From the NCBI GenBank assembly GCA_965250085.1, contig OZ252287.1, positions 1,248,001 through 1,312,000 of the forward strand: a stretch of DNA of 64,000 nt. Reading direction: 5' to 3'. The position numbers and the translations under genes were made by a program. This document shows positions 37,908 through 47,696 of the stretch, in pieces. Source of the DNA: Candidatus Altimarinota bacterium (GTDB taxonomy: Bacteria; Patescibacteriota; Gracilibacteria; CAIRYL01). How positions within the stretch are numbered: the first letter of the stretch is position 1; every line of letters starts with the position of its first letter. Under the pieces are notes generated by a model. It ran no database searches. It saw nothing but the letters and a program-made list of their open reading frames with translations, and was not told the origin of the DNA.

Positions 37908-39323
37908 ATGAGAAAATTAGAAGTTCTCCTTATTCATCTCCCGCGTAAATCTAAAATTATTCCGCGTATCACTCTGATGCCCATGGGTATCTTTGCTATA
38001 GCTGATTATCTGGACTCAAATGGCACACCTGTACAAATTATCCACGAAGGGCTTGAAAAACAGATCAATCCAAAATTCTCATTATTACGATATGTTCGTA
38101 AAAACAACATACACATCTGCGCATTTGCTTTACATTGGCATCAGCAAGCTCGCAGGGTCATACAGATGGCTCGAAAATTGAAGGCAAAAATACCTCAAAT
38201 GACCATTATTATTGGCGGTGTGACTGCTTCTATTTTTGCTGATGAAATTCTCGAAAAGCATCCAGAAATTGATTTTGTGATCAAAGGAGACTCAGAAATA
38301 CCAATGCATCAACTCTGCACGGCATTACAAGCAGATAAACTAGATATTTTACCAACTATTCCCAATTTGATGTGGAGAAGTGCAAAAGGTGAAATTCAAA
38401 AAAATGACGACTATCAATTAGACAATACACAGGTACGGGAGATTTCTTTCACAAATTTTAAACTTCTGAAAAATTATAGAAGATACCTTTCTTTTCGCCA
38501 TAACCAGCCTCTTATCTGTGGTCAAAAAGCGTTTTCTTTTAGTGCCGGAAGAGGTTGTAATGCCGGGTGTCCCTACTGTGCTGGTTCACGCCGAGCAGAG
38601 CAAAAATACTACAATCGAACTAAAGTACAACTTTTCCCGCATGGCTACGTAATTAGGCAACTGGAAGGAATGATACAAAACGGCGTTCATACTTGGAACT
38701 CATGTTTTGATCCCGATCCGAAATCGGACTATTATATTAAGTTATTTCGGGAAATCAGAAAAAAAGACCTTACAATAACTCATTTTTTTGACTGTTTTGG
38801 CTTGCCAACAAAACAATTTTTAGATGAATTTCGAAAAACATTTACAAAAAAATCGGCTATCAATATTTCTCCCGAAACCGGATCGGATGAGCTCCGCAAA
38901 AAAATTCGCACCTTTTACTATACCAATAAGGAACTTTTGGAGATCTTAGCATATATTATAAGACAGCGAATGAATTGCTCAGTGTATTTTTCCACAGGGC
39001 TCCCATTTGAAAAAAAAGAAGACTTGTTGCAATCTTTTAAACTCATAGATACTATTCGCAACAAATTTCCAAAAGTGAGAATTTATTCAGGTGTTATCGA
39101 TTTGGAACCCGGATCAGCACTATTTGACTATCAATCCAGACTAGGGGTGCGGAGTAAGATTCGTAACTTCGAAACTTTATTGGAAGTGCAAAAGAAAACT
39201 TTAGAGGTAAATTATTCAACGAGAGAATTTTCACGAAGACAAATTGAGAAGCACTGTGATCTTTTGAAGATTGAAGCACAATGCCGTAAAAAGAAATCAT
39301 TTTTTTTTACAAGATTTTTGTAA
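37908..39323 (+). CDS. Cobalamin-binding radical SAM protein; C-terminus possibly frameshifted
   Basis: PMGI..IA.YL, IIIGGVTA, IKGDSE, RGCNAGCPYC, SPETGS. Confidence 0.88.
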   Translation: MRKLEVLLIHLPRKSKIIPRITLMPMGIFAIADYLDSNGTPVQIIHEGLEKQINPKFSLLRYVRKNNIHICAFALHWHQQARRVIQMARKLKAKIPQMTIIIGGVTASIFADEILEKHPEIDFVIKGDSEIPMHQLCTALQADKLDILPTIPNLMWRSAKGEIQKNDDYQLDNTQVREISFTNFKLLKNYRRYLSFRHNQPLICGQKAFSFSAGRGCNAGCPYCAGSRRAEQKYYNRTKVQLFPHGYVIRQLEGMIQNGVHTWNSCFDPDPKSDYYIKLFREIRKKDLTITHFFDCFGLPTKQFLDEFRKTFTKKSAINISPETGSDELRKKIRTFYYTNKELLEILAYIIRQRMNCSVYFSTGLPFEKKEDLLQSFKLIDTIRNKFPKVRIYSGVIDLEPGSALFDYQSRLGVRSKIRNFETLLEVQKKTLEVNYSTREFSRRQIEKHCDLLKIEAQCRKKKSFFFTRFL

Positions 39324-39449
39324 AAGAAAAAAACTCCCAGTGCACTTATACAGTGTGGCGAAGAAAGCGTGCCAGCAGTGTAGGTATTTCAAAGAATGCT
39401 ATCAGTCGAAATAAGCATGGTAAGGAGCAATTTTGTTTAATGGAATTTC

Positions 39450-40439
39450 TTATCCAAATGTTGCCAGTTTTGCTTCCTTAAGCGTCTCTAGCGCTTGTCC
39501 GCAAGCGGCCTTGTGTCTTATTTCTTCATCAATTGCAGGCGCATATGCATATGAGAATCCAGTTTCATCGAGATTCTCCAATATCCCTTGCAAGCTCTGA
39601 CTAGAGAGTGCTTCTTTATAAAGCACATCTTCTTCTCGAAGCAAGCCGCGAAATCCTTGCTGCTCAGCATTTTCTGTCATGTTGAGCGGTGAAAGGCGAA
39701 TATAAATATCTTCCATGCCAAAATAATCTTTAAGTTTTCTAAAATCATATTGCCTTCCCTCAAATAAAATTACATTCAAAGAAACTTTCCTCGGATTAAG
39801 CTTGCGAAATTCTTTTACCCATTTACCCATTTCTGGAAGACTCATAATGGCTCCGATATTTTTCATGTCGAAGAGCGCGGCTCTTGTTTCTTCGTCAGTG
39901 CCATGAGCACTGAACTGCATCATGATGTGCTTTGCAATCTCAGGATGATCAAGAAATTTCTCTACCCCCTGCCGCCAACCAATAGTACTCATGCCAATTT
40001 TGACATGAGGATAGCGATCGGCAAGTTCATAAATCGATCCGAGCACATTCTCAATATTGAGACATGGCTCACCCATACGTGTATAGAGCACATGAAACTC
40101 TTTGCTTTCGAGAGGATCCGTAGAACGCCCATACGCTTTTCCCTGTTCCAAAAGGTAGTCTATTTGTCCAACAAGTTCTCCAGCGGTGAGATTGCGCTTG
40201 AAGCTCCTTCGTACCGCACAAAATTTGCACCCCATAGAGCATCCGAGCATCGAACAGATAGTAAGAACCCGTTTGTGCATATCGCTCACATTTCCGAAAT
40301 CTCGAAATCGATATGGTCTGGTGCCTGCTTCGTTTTCATTTGGCAAAAAGACGTCACCCATTTCTAAAAACTCACCTTTGCCAAGCTCGGCAACATACGC
40401 TTGCCCGCATTCCATCTCAATAGCCTTTATCGTTTTCAT
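39450..40439 (-). CDS. RlmN/Cfr-like radical SAM enzyme (divergent)
   Basis: SMLGCSMGCKFC, MGEPCLN, AACGQ. Confidence 0.8.
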   Translation of the reverse strand: MKTIKAIEMECGQAYVAELGKGEFLEMGDVFLPNENEAGTRPYRFRDFGNVSDMHKRVLTICSMLGCSMGCKFCAVRRSFKRNLTAGELVGQIDYLLEQGKAYGRSTDPLESKEFHVLYTRMGEPCLNIENVLGSIYELADRYPHVKIGMSTIGWRQGVEKFLDHPEIAKHIMMQFSAHGTDEETRAALFDMKNIGAIMSLPEMGKWVKEFRKLNPRKVSLNVILFEGRQYDFRKLKDYFGMEDIYIRLSPLNMTENAEQQGFRGLLREEDVLYKEALSSQSLQGILENLDETGFSYAYAPAIDEEIRHKAACGQALETLKEAKLATFG

Positions 40440-40508
40440 ATGCATCTTCCATTTGGAAAAACGTTATTGCTACTATACGCTATTTATACTCACAGTTTCA
40501 ATTTCTCA

Positions 40509-41396
40509 ATGACCAAAAATACCTCTCCATTAGAGTTTTTAGAAAATGTTTTACAGAGCCGAAAATATTCCGAGTTAGAGAAAAAAAGGGTACTCAAGGA
40601 TTTAGAAGTTTTCTGTACGAGGCTTAAAAAGGGTGAATATAAGAAGACCGATTTTGCTGGAAACAAATTTAACATCCCCGAGCGAACACAGGAATTTTTA
40701 ATCTATCTTGAGCTATACTGTTACAATGCTCAGACATGGGCAAAAATACTAAAACCACTCAAGATTCATAGGTACAAGCGCATTGTTGATCTCTGTCCGG
40801 GCTGGACACCAAAGATCGAATTGGCATTATTTTATCTTTCCTATACAGGCGAGGTTTTGATTCTCGACAAGGAAGCGGACTCAAGTGAGCGGGTCATAAA
40901 ATTTATGGAACTTTTTCATCCGCAATACACAATCCAAAAGAAAGAGCAGGATCTTTTTGAGCCGATCAAAGAAAGTTACGAAGTTGTTATCGCAAACCAT
41001 ATTGTTGACGATTTGGTGCTGCATTACTTTGCAAAAAAAATGGACATCAAACCGAAAGATATTTATGAGAAAGAAGGAATATTTGAAGATCTTTGGAAAA
41101 AAATATTGAGAAAAAAGGAAAATCATATGCAAGAAATATTACCTATACTTATTGAAATATTCTCAAAAATTGTATGCAAAGGAGGTATTGTATTGCTTTC
41201 GCAGTATAAGAGTTATATTGAGAATCTCCTCGATTTAGACGAAGCAGTAGAATTTACGGTCGTACTGCTCAGGAAAGTAACGACGAAACTTTGTGAAGAA
41301 GGTTTTGAACATTTGGATGATATTACCAAAAAAGCCCTGAAGGGTTTTAAGGGGCATTTTGAAGCAGAACAGTGTTTTGTATTGAAGAAACGATAA
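40509..41396 (+). CDS. Class I SAM-dependent methyltransferase-like protein
   Basis: RIVDLCPG, LILDK, VVIANHIVDD, KGGIVLL. Confidence 0.6.
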   Translation: MTKNTSPLEFLENVLQSRKYSELEKKRVLKDLEVFCTRLKKGEYKKTDFAGNKFNIPERTQEFLIYLELYCYNAQTWAKILKPLKIHRYKRIVDLCPGWTPKIELALFYLSYTGEVLILDKEADSSERVIKFMELFHPQYTIQKKEQDLFEPIKESYEVVIANHIVDDLVLHYFAKKMDIKPKDIYEKEGIFEDLWKKILRKKENHMQEILPILIEIFSKIVCKGGIVLLSQYKSYIENLLDLDEAVEFTVVLLRKVTTKLCEEGFEHLDDITKKALKGFKGHFEAEQCFVLKKR

Positions 41397-41402
41397 TTCT
41401 CA

Positions 41403-42107
41403 TTACTGATACGACACTCTCGTTGCATCCGTAGAGTACAGTTGTTCGGGAAAATTACAGAGACGAATATGAATTCTCGGATGGCCAAGGGGAGTCTTTT
41501 CACGCTTCACTGCTTCAGTTTTCACTTCTAATACCTTTTCGAGCGAACTGATAATTTCTTGCTCTTTTGTCTGTAAATCATTTTTCTTAAGACGCAGAAT
41601 GCTGGAGAGGACATGAGCTGCCCCCTTCTGAATCTCATTTCTAATGTCCACTTCTCCAGCAGGAAATGTGATACGTACTGAAGCAATTGCTCCACGTTTC
41701 CATCCCCCCACTGGCGGGGGGAAAGACGGCGGACCAGTGAGAATGCGGTAGGGAATGTTTTTTTCTTTCAGACGAAGGCATACTTGTGCAAGAAGTGGAG
41801 AAAGAGTTGGAAATTTTTTAAGAAATCCACGAAGAAACTCCTTTTTTTGTTCTGGAGTTGTTTTTTGAGAATCTTTTTTTGAGGACTTTTTGTTTTTTTT
41901 GATAGTAATATTTCTTTTTTTGAGAGCCTTTTGGAGATATGAGTAAACTTTATCTTCAGTGGTACATGCTTCCAGATACACTATTTTCGGCGTTATTTTG
42001 ATACGTATAAGTGGCTCAATTTCATCAATGAGTTCTCCTTCTAGCTCAAAGAGTTGACGGGTATTCAAATCAACTTTTCCGGAGATTTGAAATTCTTTTA
42101 CAAGCAT
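41403..42107 (-). CDS. Hypothetical basic protein
   Basis: ORF of about 235 aa; contains a CCCCCC/GGGGGG hairpin at ~41704-41721. Confidence 0.55.
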   Translation of the reverse strand: MLVKEFQISGKVDLNTRQLFELEGELIDEIEPLIRIKITPKIVYLEACTTEDKVYSYLQKALKKRNITIKKNKKSSKKDSQKTTPEQKKEFLRGFLKKFPTLSPLLAQVCLRLKEKNIPYRILTGPPSFPPPVGGWKRGAIASVRITFPAGEVDIRNEIQKGAAHVLSSILRLKKNDLQTKEQEIISSLEKVLEVKTEAVKREKTPLGHPRIHIRLCNFPEQLYSTDATRVSYQ

Positions 42108-42243
42108 ATGATTTGGCCAAAGGTTGAAATTTCGAAGCGAATAAAGGTATAAATAAATTCTCGATTTTGTAAACTTATTATATCTCAATATTGGTTTTGG
42201 ACAGTATCTTTATTGTGTGACATGTTTTTATGAGTGTATCACT

Positions 42244-42275
42244 AAAAAGCGGAGGAAATCTTCCTCCACTTTTTT
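42244..42275 (-). terminator. Intrinsic terminator, possibly bidirectional
   Basis: AAAAAG-CGGAGGAA-atc-TTCCTCCA-CTTTTT. Confidence 0.65.
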
Positions 42276-42292
42276 AACTTGTTAGATAAATT

Positions 42293-42979
42293 CTAATTAT
42301 TCTCCCAGAACATCAGCAGTTTTTCCTTTATTGCTTCCACATCTTCTTCTAAATCCGCCTTTTCAATCACCTCGTATGTTTTATCAAATTCGCCTTGCTC
42401 AAGCCCATATCCGGCATCTGCAAGATATCCACCCTTGTAGACTTCCTGTCCATCAAGACTCCAGTCGACTGCAATGGTTGCACTTGATGCATCGGAATCG
42501 CCACAAAGAATTTTCATGACCCTGCCATCAATCTTGAGAACCTGATTAGTTGCAGTTTTTTTGTAAGGAGCAAATTCAGCACTGGGTTCTACGCCATAAT
42601 TCTCCAGCCAAGTATCTCTGGGCTGTGTCCAGTCATTATAAAATTCTTTGCCGTCTACATTACCAAGAGGAGTTGGATTGCGTGAAATAACACGATCATC
42701 AGTAATCGTACTTCTAGATTCTACGACAATAAAACCATCTTCTACTTCATAGACCTCATCGTCATATCCTTCGGTACGCATTTTTTCAAAATCAGGTTTT
42801 GATTTCTTAACATAGGAAATTACTTCTTGTCCAAGTTCGTCAGATGACGGCGTTCGAGCAAGGGTTTTGGCACTCTTGCGAACCGTAATGCCTTCAGATC
42901 GTAGAAGCTCCTGCAATTGTGAATTTTGCTTCACATCAACGAGTTCGTGTTGGGAAGCGCTTTGTTGTACGTCGACCAT
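42293..42979 (-). CDS. Hypothetical acidic protein, PGDYG-like
   Basis: VRKSAKTLAR, VISRNP..E.Y, GYGLEQGEFDKTYE resemble duplicated PGDYG units. Confidence 0.5.
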   Translation of the reverse strand: MVDVQQSASQHELVDVKQNSQLQELLRSEGITVRKSAKTLARTPSSDELGQEVISYVKKSKPDFEKMRTEGYDDEVYEVEDGFIVVESRSTITDDRVISRNPTPLGNVDGKEFYNDWTQPRDTWLENYGVEPSAEFAPYKKTATNQVLKIDGRVMKILCGDSDASSATIAVDWSLDGQEVYKGGYLADAGYGLEQGEFDKTYEVIEKADLEEDVEAIKEKLLMFWENN

Positions 42980-43230
42980 AATAAATAGTATAAAATAATA
43001 AAAATAATCCAAATTCTTCATTATTATAACTTTAAATAACTTAAGTGTCAATAATTCTGTGTCAGAATTATAAAACAATAAATAAGGCTATATCTTAGCG
43101 AAGAATAGAGAGTATTGTATAACATATTTGATCATACATTTATTATACGATCTTCTTGTTTTCCTAATTTTGTAAAGAAAAAGTGAACTTTAAAAATCTG
43201 TATTTTGTATTGTAAAGTGTACTAAAATTT

Positions 43231-44238
43231 TTACATCTTCCCCCCTGATGTTTCCGGAAAAATCAAATCAATAAGCGCTTTTGGGAAATCACGAGACTGT
43301 CCTTCTCCTGGATGGGTATGCAAGGAAATACCTGGAGCAGGATTCAGTTCACAAATATAATAATCTCCTTCCGCAGGTTTTTGGTGAATATCTGGTGCAA
43401 TAAGGTCAATTCCCACATAAGGAAGCTCAGGAATATTTTTGAGTATCTGAAATGCAAAGTTTTTATATTCCGGATGTACGAGTTTAGTAACATCCATACA
43501 ATCAGCTCCGGTTGAAACATTTGTGTTTGAGCGGAGAAAAACCTGTTCTTTTTTTTGTGGAATATACTCCATGTCTATTCCTTTTTTCGACAAAAAGCGT
43601 TTTGCTTCATTATCTACGTAAATTCGACACAAGCAGTTTTTTTCTTTTTGAGAAAGTAATTTTTTATTCTTTTTATCTACTAATTTTTGCAAAGAAAATT
43701 TGCCATCTCCTATTACACTGGGTGGTATCCTGTAAACAGCCGCAAAAAATTCATTTTTTGTAACAGTAAGTCGAAATTCTCCACCGGAGATCTGTTTTTC
43801 TACCAAAATATCCTGCTGGTTATGAATTTGCATACAGAGGTGTGAAAATTCATCTATAAACTCCTTTGGGGTTTCAATGTTCATTCTGACCTCATAGCCA
43901 TGGGTGCCACTCACTGGTTTTATGACTACGGGAAATCCGATCTTTTGAGCATATTTACAGGCTTTCGCTCGATCTTTTGGATGAAATTTCTTGCCAGGAA
44001 TCACGGGAAAATTGAGGCTTTGTAGGAGTTGTTTTGTCTGCCATTTGTCATCGAGTATATATCTGAGCGAGGCGGGCATTACACTCAGATCAGTGTCATC
44101 AATGATTTCAATATGGCTATTGTATGTAGCTTTAATAATTTTTGTTTCGAGTATGAGTTCGACCTGAATACCTCGCTTTTCGAGTTCTTGCACCAGTAGG
44201 AGGCTGTTAAAGTGAAGTTGAGAGGAGTGGATATTCAT
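43231..44238 (-). CDS. ATP-grasp ligase (cyanophycin synthetase/GshAB C-terminal-like)
   Basis: DDKWQTK, FPVVIKP..GTHG, VEKQISG.EFR, NVSTG, GIDLI, ELNPAPG. Confidence 0.88.
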   Translation of the reverse strand: MNIHSSQLHFNSLLLVQELEKRGIQVELILETKIIKATYNSHIEIIDDTDLSVMPASLRYILDDKWQTKQLLQSLNFPVIPGKKFHPKDRAKACKYAQKIGFPVVIKPVSGTHGYEVRMNIETPKEFIDEFSHLCMQIHNQQDILVEKQISGGEFRLTVTKNEFFAAVYRIPPSVIGDGKFSLQKLVDKKNKKLLSQKEKNCLCRIYVDNEAKRFLSKKGIDMEYIPQKKEQVFLRSNTNVSTGADCMDVTKLVHPEYKNFAFQILKNIPELPYVGIDLIAPDIHQKPAEGDYYICELNPAPGISLHTHPGEGQSRDFPKALIDLIFPETSGGKM

Positions 44239-44350
44239 AGGATTGAAAATATATTCTTGATTATACTTCGGATGAGTCTGAATCTAGGGGATTTAGCATT
44301 TTCTCGATCTTTTTTTCTGGTATATTATAAACAATTTTATAAAATTTTAC

Positions 44351-44917
44351 ATGAGTCCTATTGAAATCATCGCCACTATAGTAGGTCTCGTGAGTGTTTA
44401 CCTTACTGTAAAACAGAATATTTGGTGTTGGCCAACTGGAATTGTAATGGTTACCTTGTATATATTCATTTTTTATAACGCGAGGCTCTACTCTGATATG
44501 GGGTTGCAGGTAGTTTATATTTTTATGCAGATATATGGTTGGCATCACTGGCTATATGGTGGCAAAAAAAGGGATGATCTTCCAGTTACATTGCTTTCCA
44601 AAATGAGCAGGATGTTTTGGTTTGGAATTGTTATTCTGGGAACATTTACATTAGGATTTATTATGAGTACGTATACAAATGCCGATTTTGCCTATCAAGA
44701 TGCTTTTACCACGGCAATGAGTCTTGTAGCTCAATTTCTCATGGCTCAAAAAATATTAGAGTCCTGGATATTGTGGGTCACTGTAGATATAGTGAGCATC
44801 GGTATTTATGGACTCAAGGGTTTATATGCAACCACAATACTCTACGCTGTATTTTTAGGACTTGCTACTTTTGGCTTTTTTGAATGGAAAAAATCACTCG
44901 CAAAACAAAAGGCCTAA
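44351..44917 (+). CDS. pnuC: Nicotinamide riboside transporter
   Basis: NIWCWPTG, LYSD, YGW..W, DAFTT..S.VAQ, K.LESWILW...D. Confidence 0.93.
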   Translation: MSPIEIIATIVGLVSVYLTVKQNIWCWPTGIVMVTLYIFIFYNARLYSDMGLQVVYIFMQIYGWHHWLYGGKKRDDLPVTLLSKMSRMFWFGIVILGTFTLGFIMSTYTNADFAYQDAFTTAMSLVAQFLMAQKILESWILWVTVDIVSIGIYGLKGLYATTILYAVFLGLATFGFFEWKKSLAKQKA

Positions 44918-45882
44918 TCATTGGCAAGTTTCTTCCTCCTCATCGAGGACATCAATACTTGATAGACTTTGCTCGTCATTATGTTGATGAGCTCACAGTT
45001 TTAGTGTGCTCTCTGAGAGCAGAACCAATTCCCGGAAAATTGAGATATGAATGGATATGTGAAATGTTTCCAGATGTTCATGTCGTTCATCACACTGTGG
45101 AAAATCCGCAAGAACCTCATGAACATGATGATTTTTGGAACATTTGGAAAAAAAGTATTTCTGAACTCGTCCCGGAAGGGGGTGACTATCTCTTTGCCTC
45201 TGAAGAATATGGATTTAAATTAGGAGAAGTATTAGGAATGCAATATATCCCCGTGGATCATCCTCGGCACTTAGTGCCAATCGCGGGCTCTAAAATTCGT
45301 GAGAATCCAATGAAATATTGGGAGTATATCCCTCCAGTAGTGCGACCTTATTATGTAAAAAAAGTATGTATTTTTGGTCCTGAATCTACTGGAAAATCAA
45401 CATTAACAAAGAACCTTGCTGAGCACTTTGATACCGTTTATGTGAGTGAATACGCCCGTGGTCTTTTGGATTTTAAAGATGGAAAAGTTGAATACAATGA
45501 TATTCCATTTATTGCCAAAGGACATATTGCATCTGAAGAGGCGCTCGCAAAACAAGCCAATAAAATTATTTTTAGTGATACAGACTTGATTACCACAACT
45601 GTTTGGAGTGATGTACTTTTTGGAAAATGTCCTGAGTGGATTACTGCTGAAGCAAACAAGCGAGAATATGATCTCTATCTTCTGACTGACATCGATGTCC
45701 CATGGGTAAAAGATAATCAACGATATCTTCCGAATGATCGTAAGGAATTTTTAGAGCGTTGCATTCAGGAGCTAAAATCAAGAGGAAGAAAATATGTGAT
45801 TGTTAATGGCCCTTGGGATGAGCGTTTTCGCAAAGCCTGTGTAGAGGTCGAAAAATTACTCAATGCCTCTGGTGTTGATTGA
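44884..45882 (+). CDS. nadR: NadR-type NMN adenylyltransferase / ribosylnicotinamide kinase without HTH
   Basis: GKFLPPHRGH, SEEYG, GPESTGKST, EYAR, DTDLITT. Confidence 0.92.
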   Translation: MEKITRKTKGLIIGKFLPPHRGHQYLIDFARHYVDELTVLVCSLRAEPIPGKLRYEWICEMFPDVHVVHHTVENPQEPHEHDDFWNIWKKSISELVPEGGDYLFASEEYGFKLGEVLGMQYIPVDHPRHLVPIAGSKIRENPMKYWEYIPPVVRPYYVKKVCIFGPESTGKSTLTKNLAEHFDTVYVSEYARGLLDFKDGKVEYNDIPFIAKGHIASEEALAKQANKIIFSDTDLITTTVWSDVLFGKCPEWITAEANKREYDLYLLTDIDVPWVKDNQRYLPNDRKEFLERCIQELKSRGRKYVIVNGPWDERFRKACVEVEKLLNASGVD

Positions 45883-46033
45883 AAATCTTTTCCATCCCTA
45901 ATAACACATTGCTCAATAACTCAGAACAATCTATACCAGTTGCTCTCTGGTATTCGGTAAATTCTTGTATTACCGCTATTCTTAATTCTAGATAGAGTTC
46001 ATGAAGTTTACTGTCCGCATATTCATCATTCAT
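45860..46033 (-). CDS. Small hypothetical protein downstream of the recombinase
   Basis: 57-aa helical ORF from MNDEYA. Confidence 0.4.
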   Translation of the reverse strand: MNDEYADSKLHELYLELRIAVIQEFTEYQRATGIDCSELLSNVLLGMEKIFNQHQRH

Positions 46034-46050
46034 AGAAATTAGAAAAAGAA

Positions 46051-47334
46051 TCATTGAAGAAACACCTCTCCGCCTTTCATTACAAGATTTCCCTTGAGAC
46101 ACCTGAGCATATTGCTTTTTTCCTTCGCGTTGCCATGCTGAAGGATAAAACAAATATACTCATGAGCAGTCGTGAGCTTCGCCTTTTCTCCATGTCTCAT
46201 TTGCTCCAGTCTATTTATCTTCTCTACTTCATGTTCAATCTTGCTATGAATATGGAATGAATCTTCTTTAATAGTCTCCACAACACTTGCCACCTCATCA
46301 ATGAGTTTCTCTTCTCTAATGTATTTCTCCTTACATGTTCCGTATCCAGCATACCTGTTACAGCGATAATATGAATATGCCTTTCCGTGTCTGTTTATAT
46401 GTGTTTCTCCAGAAACTCCTGATCCACAATTCCCACACTTGAAAATTTCATTGAAGTAGAACTGTTTTCTGCCCCATTTTCCTTTTAATGATGTCTTCAG
46501 TCGTTCTTGTGCTTCGCTGAAGAGCTTTTTTGTAATAATTGGTTTATATGAACCCTTGTACCAATTCCCTGATCCTGTGGGGTATTCAAATTCTCCATAG
46601 TAGTATGGATTCTTCAAAAGACGATACATCATACTGAAAGTCAGTTTTTTTCCTTTCGAAGTTCTGAATCCTTCATCAGTAAGAAATTCTAAGACTTGCC
46701 TTCCACTGTATTTTTCATTCACCAGATACTCAAATGCTTTCTTCACAAATGGTGCACGTTCTTCGTCTTGAATAACCGTACTCGGATCTTCAAATCGCTT
46801 TCCACGAAGAAGTTTGTATCCTATCGGTGGTGGTCCGGGACGAACTCCTGTTGCACACTTTGCTCGCATTCCTCTTTTGACATTCTTTGATCTATTATCA
46901 TTCTCCAGTTTTGCTTGAGAACAGAGAATCATCAGAAGAAATTTCTCATCAGGAGTATTGGTAAATGTTTGTCCGCTTGTTTGAATTTTTATCAATACTT
47001 GCTGATCCATCAAATCGACGAGTGAACCAAGATCACCAGCATTTCTACTGAGTCTATCTGGTGCCCATGTGAGAATGGCATTGAATCTTCTCTCCCTTAA
47101 TCCTTGGATAAGCTTCTCATAGCCCTTTCTGACTCCCGAGTCCTTAGCTGACTTACTTTCTTGAATTGTTTCTACAATAGAAATTCCTTCCTTTTCTGCC
47201 AACTGACTCATTTCTTTGATTTGGGAATCTATCGAGAGAGCTTGTCTTTCATCTGCTTCAGATGATTTGCGGGCATAGAGACAATACTTTAGTTCTATTT
47301 CTGCCGTTTCTGTGTGTTTTACATCATTCATCAT
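46051..47334 (-). CDS. Large serine recombinase (resolvase, recombinase and Zn-ribbon domains)
   Basis: YARKSSE, SIDSQ, DRLSRN, PPIGY, NPYYYG, CGNCG..YYRC. Confidence 0.95.
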   Translation of the reverse strand: MMNDVKHTETAEIELKYCLYARKSSEADERQALSIDSQIKEMSQLAEKEGISIVETIQESKSAKDSGVRKGYEKLIQGLRERRFNAILTWAPDRLSRNAGDLGSLVDLMDQQVLIKIQTSGQTFTNTPDEKFLLMILCSQAKLENDNRSKNVKRGMRAKCATGVRPGPPPIGYKLLRGKRFEDPSTVIQDEERAPFVKKAFEYLVNEKYSGRQVLEFLTDEGFRTSKGKKLTFSMMYRLLKNPYYYGEFEYPTGSGNWYKGSYKPIITKKLFSEAQERLKTSLKGKWGRKQFYFNEIFKCGNCGSGVSGETHINRHGKAYSYYRCNRYAGYGTCKEKYIREEKLIDEVASVVETIKEDSFHIHSKIEHEVEKINRLEQMRHGEKAKLTTAHEYICFILQHGNAKEKSNMLRCLKGNLVMKGGEVFLQ

Positions 47335-47486
47335 CTCTATTGATGACGCAGTAAAACCTTCCAGTCTAGGCTTTTTTTTAGATTACTAACTGCAATATTG
47401 TATAAATTATTTATACACATATGAATCAAAATAAGACACCCTTTTTTATAGTGTCTCATTTGTCTCATTTTGAAACTTCATATATC

Positions 47487-47634
47487 CTCAAAAGGGTACT
47501 AGACCCGAGTGTCCCGCCACAATTGAATTCGAGACGAACAAAGTGAGTCCGAAGATATTATGTCCCGAGTTTACGAGGGGCTTTGAAAAAAATAGATTAT
47601 TCTCAAAAGGGTACTATGCCCGAGCGCTTCGCCA
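47487..47634 (+). repeat. Two 33-bp direct repeats ending in CGCCA, 115 bp apart, flanking the unit shared with the tRNA-Ser locus
   Basis: ctcaaaagggtactagacccgagtgtcccgcca and ctcaaaagggtactatgcccgagcgcttcgcca. Confidence 0.85.
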
Positions 47635-47696
47635 GTTTTTATTTCGGATTGTGGGACGATAAAAACCATATTCTTTTTTAAAGAAAGAGAGTCGCA

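Larger units (their letters stand above)
20576..47634. mobile_element. Putative genomic island at tRNA-Asp, bounded by a serine recombinase and tRNA-3'-like att sites
   Basis: Only accessory genes inside; 47494-47519 matches the tRNA-Asp 3' 26 nt at 19/26; housekeeping genes resume on both sides. Confidence 0.65.

Noticed and set aside
47487-47634. CRISPR array (33-bp repeats)
   Set aside because: Only two imperfect repeats, an 82-bp spacer that is itself repeated elsewhere, and no cas genes
20576-47634. Complete prophage
   Set aside because: No recognisable portal, capsid, tail, lysis or replication genes
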